Shown here: positions 18,692 to 27,019 of the stretch, one piece after another | Numbering within the stretch: position 1 is the first letter of the stretch | How the letters are laid out: each line of letters opens with the position of its first letter | Origin: Elusimicrobiota bacterium | GTDB taxonomy: Bacteria; Elusimicrobiota; Elusimicrobia; FEN-1173; JAKLIF01 | Length of the DNA stretch: 64,000 nucleotides | Direction: 5' to 3' | Assembly (NCBI GenBank): GCA_022709755.1 | Contig: JAKLIF010000003.1 | Location: 29,171-93,170, forward strand | Position numbers and translations under genes: made by a program | Notes under the pieces: generated by a model | The model's database searches: none | What the model saw: only the letters and a program-made list of their open reading frames with translations | Told to the model about the DNA's origin: nothing

Positions 18692-19690
18692 TCAGTAGGA
18701 GGGGTGGTTCATCGCCCCGGCGTGTCGGCGGAGCGAGAGGAGCAGGACTTCCAGCGTGAGTTGGGGCGAGACGTTCTGGCGGACCTTCCGCATGGCGTCC
18801 ATGATCTGCTGTAACGTCTGCTGTGCCGAGAGTTCGCCGGAATAAAGCCGGTTCTGATGTTGCAGTAAAAGCCGTTTCAGGAATTTTTCAGTTTCGATCC
18901 GACCGCGGCGTCCTTTGGAAGAGGGTTCCTGGTCGTCGTCGCGCGACCTCTTTGGCCTCTGCAGTTGGGCGCACCATTCCAGTATGTCGTTGACCGTCGC
19001 ATTCTCGTAATCCATCACCGCTCCGTCGGATCCTTCCGCCGCGGCCAGGGCCAGTTCCAGAGACCCTTCCGCGAATTCGGCCATCTCTTTGGCCGCGTCC
19101 GGAGGGAACCCGTGTTTTTCCGTCAAAAACTTCTCGATCATCGCCGTCGGCAACGTGCGGAAGGCGACGGTCTGGCACCGCGACCGGATGGTGGGCAGTA
19201 TCCCGTGCGAGTCCACCGAGAGGAGCACGATGTGCACGGCCGGCGGGGGGTCTTCCAGGATCTTCAAAAGGGAGTGGGCCGCGTCTTCCGTCAGTTGGTC
19301 GGCCGGGTCCACGATGGCGATCTTCGCGCGCCCTTCGTAGGGCTTGAACGAGAGGAGCCGTTCCATCGCGCGCATGGTGTCGATCTTCAGGTTGATCTGC
19401 TTCTCGGTGTCCTCCACTTTCAGCGTCGCTTGGAAATCGTAGTTGATGTGGAGCACGTCGGGGTGGATGTCCTTGTCGATCTTTTCGCAGGAGGCGCAGA
19501 GTCCGCAGGATTCGCCCGCCGACGGCGGTTGCAGGCATTGGATGGCTTTCGCCCATTCTTTGGCGGTGGTGCGCTTGCCGACGCCGTTGGCGCCCGTGAA
19601 GATGTAGGCGTGCGGAACGTGGCCGCGGACCAGGGCCGAGGTCAGCACCTGGCAGGCATGGTCTTGTCCGATGATGGATTTGAACGACAT
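18692..19690 (-). CDS. holB: DNA polymerase III delta-prime subunit
   Basis: AAA+ clamp-loader fold: HAYIFTGANGVGKRTTAKEWAKAI, zinc module CGLCASCEKI, SRC motif PTIRSRCQ. Confidence 0.8.
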   Translation of the reverse strand: MSFKSIIGQDHACQVLTSALVRGHVPHAYIFTGANGVGKRTTAKEWAKAIQCLQPPSAGESCGLCASCEKIDKDIHPDVLHINYDFQATLKVEDTEKQINLKIDTMRAMERLLSFKPYEGRAKIAIVDPADQLTEDAAHSLLKILEDPPPAVHIVLLSVDSHGILPTIRSRCQTVAFRTLPTAMIEKFLTEKHGFPPDAAKEMAEFAEGSLELALAAAEGSDGAVMDYENATVNDILEWCAQLQRPKRSRDDDQEPSSKGRRGRIETEKFLKRLLLQHQNRLYSGELSAQQTLQQIMDAMRKVRQNVSPQLTLEVLLLSLRRHAGAMNHPSY

Positions 19691-19709
19691 GGGGAGGGGA
19701 CCGGCCCGG

Positions 19710-20393
19710 TCAGATCTTTCTTGTGCGGAGGTATCGCTCCACCTCGGTGATGAGGCGGCCGTGGGTCTTCTCGATGCCGGTGCGCCACGGGATGAGCTTG
19801 ATGCGGCGGGGGTCTTGCCGGGTGAGCGTGTAATACCCGCGCCGGACGCGCAGGTGGAAATCGATGTTCTCGCGTTCGAGGCGGTCGCCGGCCACCGAGA
19901 CGTTGTTCTTGGATCCGGCCCGTCCGCGTCCGAGTTTTTTCTGCATGGCGCGGGCTTTCGAGAGGCCGGTCTTGACCGGCACGTCCAGGAAAAGGGTGAG
20001 GTCCGGCTTGAGCCCGCCGGTGGCGATGCGGTTGAGGGAATGGATGTCGGTCAGCGGGAGACGGCGTCCGTAACCTTGATAGGCGACCGTGGCGTCGGTG
20101 TATCGTTCGCACACGACGATCTTGCCGTGCTCCAGAGCCGGACGGACGATCTCGGCGATGTGCTGGGACCGGCTGGCTTCGTAGAGCAACAGTTCCGTCA
20201 TGGGAGCGATGACGCTTTCGGGATGGAGGAGCACCCGGCGGATCGCTTCGGCGATGCTGGTGCCGCCCGGTTCGCGCGTGTGGACGACGGAGAGCCCCCG
20301 CTTCTTGAGGTAATCGCACAGGAGCACCGATTGGGTGCTCTTGCCGCTGCCTTCGGGTCCTTCCAGAGTGATGAAGACGCCTCGGCGTGTCAT
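19710..20393 (-). CDS. tmk: thymidylate kinase
   Basis: P-loop GVFITLEGPEGSGKST, DRY-like VCERY, LID region; ~225 aa. Confidence 0.9.
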   Translation of the reverse strand: MTRRGVFITLEGPEGSGKSTQSVLLCDYLKKRGLSVVHTREPGGTSIAEAIRRVLLHPESVIAPMTELLLYEASRSQHIAEIVRPALEHGKIVVCERYTDATVAYQGYGRRLPLTDIHSLNRIATGGLKPDLTLFLDVPVKTGLSKARAMQKKLGRGRAGSKNNVSVAGDRLERENIDFHLRVRRGYYTLTRQDPRRIKLIPWRTGIEKTHGRLITEVERYLRTRKI

Positions 20394-20397
20394 GGGG

Positions 20398-21279
20398 TCA
20401 GTTCCGTCCCGTGGCGGATTTTTCGGCCAGGGTCACCGTGTTCATGAGGAGCATGGCCACGGTCATGCGTCCCACCCCGCCGGGGACCGGCGTGATGGCG
20501 GAAGCGGTCTTCGAGACGTCCGCGAAATCCACGTCGCCGCACATCCCTTCCTGTTCCCGGTGGATCCCCACGTCGATGACGACGGCTCCCTTTTTGACCA
20601 TGAACGATTTGACCAGCCGGGGTTGCCCGATGGCCGCCACCAGGATGTCGGCCGTTTGGGTGAGGGCCGGCAGGTTCTGGGATTGGGAATGGCATTGGGT
20701 CACGGTGGCGTTCTGGGACAGCAACAGGACGGAGATCGGTTTTCCGACGAGCGCGGAACGGCCCAGGACCACCGCGTGTTTTCCGGCGGCGGAGATCTTG
20801 TTCTGTTCCATCATCTCGATGATGCCGTAGGGCGTGCACGGGAGGGGACATCCGGATTTCTGGATCTCCTCCCAGGATTTGAGCTGGAACCATTTCCCCT
20901 GGTTGTAGGGATGCAGTCCGTCGGCGTCTTTGGCGGGATCGATGCGCTGAAGCACCGTCCAGGTGCAGAGATGTTTGGGAAGCGGGAGTTGAACGAGGAT
21001 CCCGTGGACCGAGGGGTCGGCGTTGAGCGAATCGATCTTCTCGAGGAGTTCTTTTTCGGTGACCAGGGCCGGGAGAGGCACGTGGACGGACCGGAGCCCG
21101 TAGGCCTGGCACGACTTGATCTTCTGGCGGACGTAGGTGGCCGAGGCGGGGTCTTCTCCCACCAGCACCGTGGCCAACCCGGGCACGAGACCGCGCCGGG
21201 CGAGGGACGTGGATTTGGCCTTCACGCGCTCGTAGACCACGTCGGCCGCTTTTTTTCCGTCGATGAGGATCGCCTTCAT
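20398..21279 (-). CDS. folD: bifunctional 5,10-methylene-tetrahydrofolate dehydrogenase/cyclohydrolase
   Basis: GILVQLPLP, VVLGRSALVGKP and PVPGGVGRMT signatures. Confidence 0.9.
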   Translation of the reverse strand: MKAILIDGKKAADVVYERVKAKSTSLARRGLVPGLATVLVGEDPASATYVRQKIKSCQAYGLRSVHVPLPALVTEKELLEKIDSLNADPSVHGILVQLPLPKHLCTWTVLQRIDPAKDADGLHPYNQGKWFQLKSWEEIQKSGCPLPCTPYGIIEMMEQNKISAAGKHAVVLGRSALVGKPISVLLLSQNATVTQCHSQSQNLPALTQTADILVAAIGQPRLVKSFMVKKGAVVIDVGIHREQEGMCGDVDFADVSKTASAITPVPGGVGRMTVAMLLMNTVTLAEKSATGRN

Positions 21280-21806
21280 TGGGGGATGATCTCCAGTTTC
21301 CGGGCCAGGGTCTCCAGGTTCACGATGTCTTCCCGGTTGTATCTCAAAAGCAGGTCGAGCGCCTCTTTGTCGCGGTTCTTAGTGTAGCGGTCCCAGAGGA
21401 TGAGGGCCACGCGTCCGTCGACGCCTTCGGTGTCGCGGTGGATGCCGAGCGCCGTCTCCACCCGTTTCAGTCCGCCGTAGAGCGACCGGGCCCAGCAGTC
21501 GAACATCAGGTCCTGATGGCGGAACTCTTTTTCCAGGTCCACCTGGAGCTGCCTCAGGATCACCGGCAGGTCGAACCGGCTGCCGTTGTAGGTGAAGAAC
21601 TTCTTGGTGCCCCGGAGCGTGTTGCGGATCTCGTCGACGGGAAAATGCGGAGCGATCCATTGGATGGGGTCCTGGCCGGTGCGGTAGATGCCGATGACCG
21701 TGATCCGCTGGCTCCAGTCCGTCTCGATGTCCAGAAAAGCGTAGTCGGTGTGTTTGGCGGACCGTTTGGCGGAGGCGACCCGCTTGGCGACTTTGCGCGT
21801 GACCAT
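21276..21806 (-). CDS. RNase H-like 3'-5' exonuclease domain protein (YprB/PolB-exo-like)
   Basis: Internal ATG of the 429-aa track ORF. AFLDIETD (Exo I DxE motif), FTYNGSRFD, and a C-terminal Y-x3-D-like region. The upstream 253 codons are low-complexity and overlap the lipid kinase gene. 1-nt start/stop overlap with that gene. Confidence 0.55.
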   Translation of the reverse strand: MVTRKVAKRVASAKRSAKHTDYAFLDIETDWSQRITVIGIYRTGQDPIQWIAPHFPVDEIRNTLRGTKKFFTYNGSRFDLPVILRQLQVDLEKEFRHQDLMFDCWARSLYGGLKRVETALGIHRDTEGVDGRVALILWDRYTKNRDKEALDLLLRYNREDIVNLETLARKLEIIPQ

Positions 21807-22702
21807 CAGAGCGGCGCCCAGAGACGGATTTTTTTCGGCAGACGCGAGAAGACGATCTCGTTGACGCCCTCGGCCGGAGGGGGTTCTCCGTCCGCCTGGG
21901 GCCAGACCGGGATGTCGGTCTTGAGTGTGCAGCCCGTGACCGAGAGACGCGTCATCTTGCCGTCGATGAGAGGGAGCCCGATCCGTCCGCGCAGGAGACG
22001 CAGTCCCAACCGCACTTTGGAGGTGGCCGGCACCAGATAGAGGTCCAATAGGTCGTCGGTCGGAGAGGCGGTCTTGTCGAAGTGGAGCCCTCCCGAAAAA
22101 TAAGGGGCGTTGCAGGCGAGGGCCATGTAGTAGATGCCTTTCAGGTGTCCGCCCGGCCAGGTGATCTCCGCGGCGGTGGACCGGAACCCGCGGAGGGTTC
22201 CCAGCGGGCCGGACCGTTTCTCGAAATCCGAGCGGGACCGTCCGAACCCCGCGTTGTTGACGACGATGTCGCCGTTCATGTCCCAGACGGTGTACGAGGT
22301 CAGGGTGCCGGGCGGAGTGGGATGTTCCCATTGGCGCCAGAAATATCTGTCCAGCCGTATCTGTCGCGCCAGGTCGTTGCACGTGCCGACCGGGACCAAC
22401 GCCAGTTCCACCTTGTCTTCGGCCGCCATCGCGAGGAGTTTCTTGGCCGCGCGGTGGAAGGTGCCGTCGCCGCCCCAGACGACGATGCGTTGGTTCCCTT
22501 CCTTCACGGCCCATTCCACAATGGTCTCGGTGTGGTCCGGGTGCGTCTTGGAGACCCACTGCCACAGGACCTGCGATGACCCCGTCGGAGTGAGACTGTT
22601 CTCCTGGCTGTTGGTGGCCAAAGACGGCCGCGCGGAGTCCATGAGAAAACGGACCCAGCCTTCGTAACGGGCGGAGGGGTTCAGGAGATGGAATATCTTC
22701 AT
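21806..22702 (-). CDS. diacylglycerol-kinase catalytic-domain lipid kinase (YegS/BmrU-like)
   Basis: VVWGGDGTFHRAAKKL, the GGDGT motif of the DAGK_cat family. Confidence 0.7.
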   Translation of the reverse strand: MKIFHLLNPSARYEGWVRFLMDSARPSLATNSQENSLTPTGSSQVLWQWVSKTHPDHTETIVEWAVKEGNQRIVVWGGDGTFHRAAKKLLAMAAEDKVELALVPVGTCNDLARQIRLDRYFWRQWEHPTPPGTLTSYTVWDMNGDIVVNNAGFGRSRSDFEKRSGPLGTLRGFRSTAAEITWPGGHLKGIYYMALACNAPYFSGGLHFDKTASPTDDLLDLYLVPATSKVRLGLRLLRGRIGLPLIDGKMTRLSVTGCTLKTDIPVWPQADGEPPPAEGVNEIVFSRLPKKIRLWAPL

Positions 22703-23652
22703 AGGTATCGTCGTTCCGCTGAATTCAGCAGTGTGTCCAATGTCCTTAAGAGCGGCACACGGATCTTCAACCGGCGGGCTTCCTCTAAAAAAGGTCCCAA
22801 GATAAAAGCGCGTTCCGTGGGCCGGCCCCGGCGAAGGTCCTGCGCCATGGAGTTCATGTTGCGGGCGGTCTTCCGGGCCAATGTCAGGACACTATTTTGT
22901 ATTTTTTTTAAGCGGAGCGGTAGTCCTGATTTTTTCAGGACGGTGACGCACTCGTCGGCCACCCGCCGGACGACGGGCTCCAGCGGGGGCTTGGCCAGGG
23001 CGCCGTTGGGAACGTCACCGAGGGCGCCGAGCGGGTTGATGCACGCGTTGGCGATGAGTTTGGTCCATTGGGCTTGCTCGAAATCTCGCCGGATCCGGAC
23101 CGCGAATCCCGCCCGGCGGAGAAGCCGGGCGAGCCGGGCCACGTCCGAAGGCCGGTCCGCGTTTTTGTCCAGCACGACCGCGCCGTCGGCCGCATGGCGG
23201 ATCTTCGTGTCGGAGATCTTCGTGACCCCTTCGGTCAGGAACCCTTCCAACACCCGTCCCGCGCCGGTGGCGCGCGCGATCCGTTCCTTGAGCCCCCGCC
23301 CGTTCTGGAGCGTGACCACGACCGTCCCGGGACCGATCAGCGGGATCAACCTTCGGACGGCTTCCGCCGTCTGGTGCGCCTTCACAAAGACGAAGATCCA
23401 GTCGGGGAAGGAGCCGCGCAACGCTTTTTTGAGGGCGGCGGCCGACGCCGAGACCGAAAAAGAGGAGCCGGAGACCTTGAGCGTCGACAGGCCGGTGGAG
23501 GTCAACCCGGACCGGCGGATGCGCTGGGCGCGGGAGGCCGACCGGTCCAACAGGAGGACGGCGTGGCCGTTCCGGACGAAGCGGAGGACGAAATGGAGTC
23601 CCATGGCTCCGGGACCGGCGATCAGGATGGAGGATTTTGAAGGAGGGGCCAA
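22699..23652 (-). CDS. panE: 2-dehydropantoate 2-reductase family oxidoreductase (PanE/ApbA-like); start codon uncertain (TTG proposed)
   Basis: Rossmann motif ILIAGPGAMG near the N-terminus, and the K-x-N-x-x-I-N ApbA_C region LIANACINPLGAL. The 59 codons upstream in the ORF are Pro/Ser-rich nonsense. Start set to an in-frame TTG 8 nt after the upstream stop. Gene symbol is tentative. Confidence 0.6.
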   Translation of the reverse strand: MAPPSKSSILIAGPGAMGLHFVLRFVRNGHAVLLLDRSASRAQRIRRSGLTSTGLSTLKVSGSSFSVSASAAALKKALRGSFPDWIFVFVKAHQTAEAVRRLIPLIGPGTVVVTLQNGRGLKERIARATGAGRVLEGFLTEGVTKISDTKIRHAADGAVVLDKNADRPSDVARLARLLRRAGFAVRIRRDFEQAQWTKLIANACINPLGALGDVPNGALAKPPLEPVVRRVADECVTVLKKSGLPLRLKKIQNSVLTLARKTARNMNSMAQDLRRGRPTERAFILGPFLEEARRLKIRVPLLRTLDTLLNSAERRYL

Positions 23653-23662
23653 GGGGTGCGGA

Positions 23663-24679
23663 TCAGGAACGGATGGACTGGAAAGAGGATTTGACCGTGC
23701 GCCAGACTTTGCCCGGATCCTCCGAGAGGGTGGTGTCGAGGACGGCGCCGCCGTCGTGGCTCCAGGCGGCCAGATGGGTGATGCCCGATCGGGCGGCGGC
23801 GTCGACGGCCGCGCGGATCTCGGTCTCACGTCCCTTGGGGAACCGCATGGACTGGATCCATATCTGGCTGTGCCGCCGGAGGGGGATCGTGGCGGTCAGG
23901 ACCTTCTTCGAAAAACGGGTCACGTGCTCCCGGGGATCCGCCGAGGTGCGCGGGGGCCATCGCCAATAGGGGTCGCATCCGAAGACATCGAGCTGTTTCA
24001 AGGACGACAGGTCGTTCCAGATGAGTTCGTATTCGTCGGACCCTTCGAAGGCGTAGAGGCAGAGGGCGTTCTTGAGTTTTTTCGTCCGGGCGAACGAGAC
24101 CATTTCCTCCAAAAATCCCCGGAGGGACCGGAGGCGGAACGCGCGGGCGGTCTCGTTCATCGTCGCGGGGAGAGATTCTCCGAACTGTTTCCGGCAGAGT
24201 TTCTGGCAGAGAGGGCACGCGCAGGAATAGGTGCCGGCCCATTCGAGGTCCCAATGAAAGTAGACGTGGGGTTCGTCCCAGAAGAGGACGTCGGCGCCCA
24301 TTTCTCGGACGGTGAGGATCCATTCGCGCACGAAGTTGCGGAAAGCGGGTTGGTGAAGACAGGCGGCGGGGACACGCCGTCCGTCGGAAAGGACCTGCCA
24401 GGAGTCGGGATGGTCCAGGAGGAACCGGGAGAACGTTTCGCCGCCGAAGACGCCGCCCAGACCCCAGGGGTCCGCCCAGACTTCGAGGCCCTGGCGGTGC
24501 GAATCCGAGAATATTTTTTCGAGGGAGGCCTTGTGGTAGTGGAAGTCCGTCTCGCTCACCGTGTGGACGACGTAGTCGCAGGCCTCGGCGATGTCCGCAA
24601 GGTCCCGCCGGGCGTGGGAGACGATCCTGTTTCCCAGGTAGGCGACGCCGGTGTGGATCTTCTTGTCGGAAGGGGGCAT
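23663..24679 (-). CDS. conserved hypothetical protein, possible TIM-barrel glycoside-hydrolase-like fold
   Basis: 338 aa from the internal ATG with GAGG 9 nt upstream. Motifs VWADPWG and FWDEPHVYFHWDLEW. The 137 upstream codons are Arg/Pro-rich and were rejected. Confidence 0.4.
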   Translation of the reverse strand: MPPSDKKIHTGVAYLGNRIVSHARRDLADIAEACDYVVHTVSETDFHYHKASLEKIFSDSHRQGLEVWADPWGLGGVFGGETFSRFLLDHPDSWQVLSDGRRVPAACLHQPAFRNFVREWILTVREMGADVLFWDEPHVYFHWDLEWAGTYSCACPLCQKLCRKQFGESLPATMNETARAFRLRSLRGFLEEMVSFARTKKLKNALCLYAFEGSDEYELIWNDLSSLKQLDVFGCDPYWRWPPRTSADPREHVTRFSKKVLTATIPLRRHSQIWIQSMRFPKGRETEIRAAVDAAARSGITHLAAWSHDGGAVLDTTLSEDPGKVWRTVKSSFQSIRS

Positions 24680-24690
24680 GGGACGCATCC

Positions 24691-27018
24691 TCAACGATCG
24701 TATAACTTCAGGAAAGCTTCCGGTATCCAATAATCGTTCTGCGGTTTCCACCCGGTCTTGCGCGCCATGAAACGGAAGAGGATCTCCTTGATGTCTTTGA
24801 CGCGCTCCGTCTGTCTCGGCGCCAGGTTTTTCCGCATGTCCGGGTCGGCCGAGAGGTCGAAGAGGGCGCAGTCGACACCGTTCTCTTCGGGAACGTAGAT
24901 CAGGCGTTCGGTCCCTGTCTGGAAGATCCGTTTTTTCGCGATGATGATGAGGTCCTCCCAATCTTTCCTGACCGTCCAGAACCCGCCGTTGCGGATGTCG
25001 GGTTCGATGAGTTCCTGGATGGGAGGGAGCGTTATCCCGCCGGCGGCGGGGAGGGCCAGGGCGGGCAGGCCGGACCACCAGTGGGGGTCCGGCATCCACA
25101 GGGCCCCGTAGGTCTCGAGCGTGTCGGGAAGAATGCCCGTCTCCGAATAGAGGGTCGAGGGTTCCAGCGTGAGGGGGTCGGCGGAAGTGAGATCGATCCC
25201 CGGAGAGTCGGGGTCTTGAGCACGGACGGGGAGGGAGTCCCTGAAGAGCGGGCGGCCTTCCATCGTCGAGGGGATGGGGAGGTTCAGGATGTCCAGCAGG
25301 GAGGGCGCGATGTCTTCGGTGCGCACGGGCGAGTGGACGGTCTTGGGCAATAGTTTCAGGCGCGGTTCGAGGAAAAAGAGGGGGACGGTCACGATGTCCC
25401 GCTTGAGAAGGGAGGGGACCGCCGGAGACTGGTCGACGGCGTCGGAATAGAGAAAACCGTGGTTGGACCAGAAGACGATGTAGGTGTTGTCGGTCAGTTT
25501 GAGCCGTTTGAGGGAATGAAGGACTTTCCCGACGGCCGCGTCGACGGCTTGGAGGTTGGCGTCATAGATGGCGCGCGTGTAGACCTGGTCGTCCAACGTC
25601 GACGACCGGCTGGCCGCCGGTCCCCCGTATTTGAAGGGGCCCCGGTATCGGGCGTTGGCGAACCGTTGGATGTGGTCGGACGCGACGGCGGACCGGCTGT
25701 GCGTGGCGGAGAAATAGAGAGTCAGGAAAAAACGGTCTCGGAACCGGAGTCTCCGAAGCTGGCAGTCGGCCTCCCGCGCGAGGAACCGGGGGTCCGCCAG
25801 TTCGGGCATGTTCCGGTATTCCGGGAACAGAAGGCGGCCCGTCAGGAGGATGTAGGGGAACAGATGGCCCTGCTGGTGAAGGAGGCGCGTCCGGAGAAGG
25901 GAGGCGCTGTCCAGGCGGGGCGCGATAATCCTGTCGAATCCCATGGCCAGCCGGGAGAAGGCGTATCCCATGTAGTCGGCGATCGCCACGGACGTGTAGC
26001 CCTGGTCCCGGAGGAGAGCGGGAAGAGTCTCCGGTCCCAGGTCGGTTTCACCCTGGTCCGGGAAAGGGTGTCTGATCCCGTGCATGAGGGGCGTCTTTCC
26101 CGTCATGAGGGTTGTGATCGCGGGGAGACTTTCGGGAACGGGGACGTGGCACGTGTCGAAGTAACAGCCCCGTTTCTTGAGCTCGTGGAGGTGGGGGAGA
26201 TAGGAGGGGTCCCGTTCGGCCCGTTCGAACGCGTCGGAGCGCATGGAATCGACGACGATGAGGAGGATGTTCGTTCCGGCGTTGCGTGTTTTTTGGGTGC
26301 GGACGACGTTCCAGAGTCCCAGGAGGGTGAGGACCAGTCCGGACAGGAGGACCAACGTGCCGACGCGGACCGGTCTGGAGAGCCGCAGGAACCGCTCGAG
26401 ATATTTGACGACGACGTTCGTGCCCGCCAGCAGGATCAGGATCATGACGCCGGCGACCGCCAGCCGCGCCGACCAGCCCGGCACGATGTCCGTCAGATAA
26501 ACCTGCAACGAGCGGAGGGCCTCGGAATGGAAATAGAACGAATCCTTGTAGAACGCCGGGTAGAGCCGCATCGTCCGGAGCAGGAGGACGGAATGGATGA
26601 AGAGGAATCCGAGGAGCGTCACCCCCGTCCGGCCGACGTCGTATTTGAAGACGATGACCGCGCGGGGAAAAACGCGGATGCCGAGTTCGCAGACGTTCTT
26701 CAACACCCAGCCGATCGCCAGCCCGATCGCCATCGACAGGAGCAGGAGTGTGGATTGGAAGGTGAGGACGGTCTTCCAGTCGATCGCGCGGCTTGTCTGG
26801 GAGGCGATCTGTTCCGAGAGGAGCGGCGCCGGGAGGAAATGGGGACCGTGGAGGTAGGAGAGGATGAAGAGGGCCAGCCCGCCCCAAAGCCCGATCTTGA
26901 GTTCGATGGGGATGGGACGCCGCCGCCGCGCGTTCTCCACCTGTTCCCGGGCGTGCCGGTCGAGCCGATGATGGAGCTGTCTGACGGATTCCAGCAGATG
27001 AGAGAGCCGCGCCTTCAT
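24691..27018 (-). CDS. polytopic membrane sulfatase-family protein (alkaline-phosphatase superfamily; LTA-synthase / phosphoglycerol- or phosphoethanolamine-transferase-like)
   Basis: ~6 N-terminal TM helices then a sulfatase domain, LLIVVDSMRSDAF...YFDTCHVPVPESLPAITTLMTG. Start at MKARLSH, whose ATG lies 1 nt after the upstream stop. Confidence 0.75.
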   Translation of the reverse strand: MKARLSHLLESVRQLHHRLDRHAREQVENARRRRPIPIELKIGLWGGLALFILSYLHGPHFLPAPLLSEQIASQTSRAIDWKTVLTFQSTLLLLSMAIGLAIGWVLKNVCELGIRVFPRAVIVFKYDVGRTGVTLLGFLFIHSVLLLRTMRLYPAFYKDSFYFHSEALRSLQVYLTDIVPGWSARLAVAGVMILILLAGTNVVVKYLERFLRLSRPVRVGTLVLLSGLVLTLLGLWNVVRTQKTRNAGTNILLIVVDSMRSDAFERAERDPSYLPHLHELKKRGCYFDTCHVPVPESLPAITTLMTGKTPLMHGIRHPFPDQGETDLGPETLPALLRDQGYTSVAIADYMGYAFSRLAMGFDRIIAPRLDSASLLRTRLLHQQGHLFPYILLTGRLLFPEYRNMPELADPRFLAREADCQLRRLRFRDRFFLTLYFSATHSRSAVASDHIQRFANARYRGPFKYGGPAASRSSTLDDQVYTRAIYDANLQAVDAAVGKVLHSLKRLKLTDNTYIVFWSNHGFLYSDAVDQSPAVPSLLKRDIVTVPLFFLEPRLKLLPKTVHSPVRTEDIAPSLLDILNLPIPSTMEGRPLFRDSLPVRAQDPDSPGIDLTSADPLTLEPSTLYSETGILPDTLETYGALWMPDPHWWSGLPALALPAAGGITLPPIQELIEPDIRNGGFWTVRKDWEDLIIIAKKRIFQTGTERLIYVPEENGVDCALFDLSADPDMRKNLAPRQTERVKDIKEILFRFMARKTGWKPQNDYWIPEAFLKLYDR

Positions 27019-27019
27019 G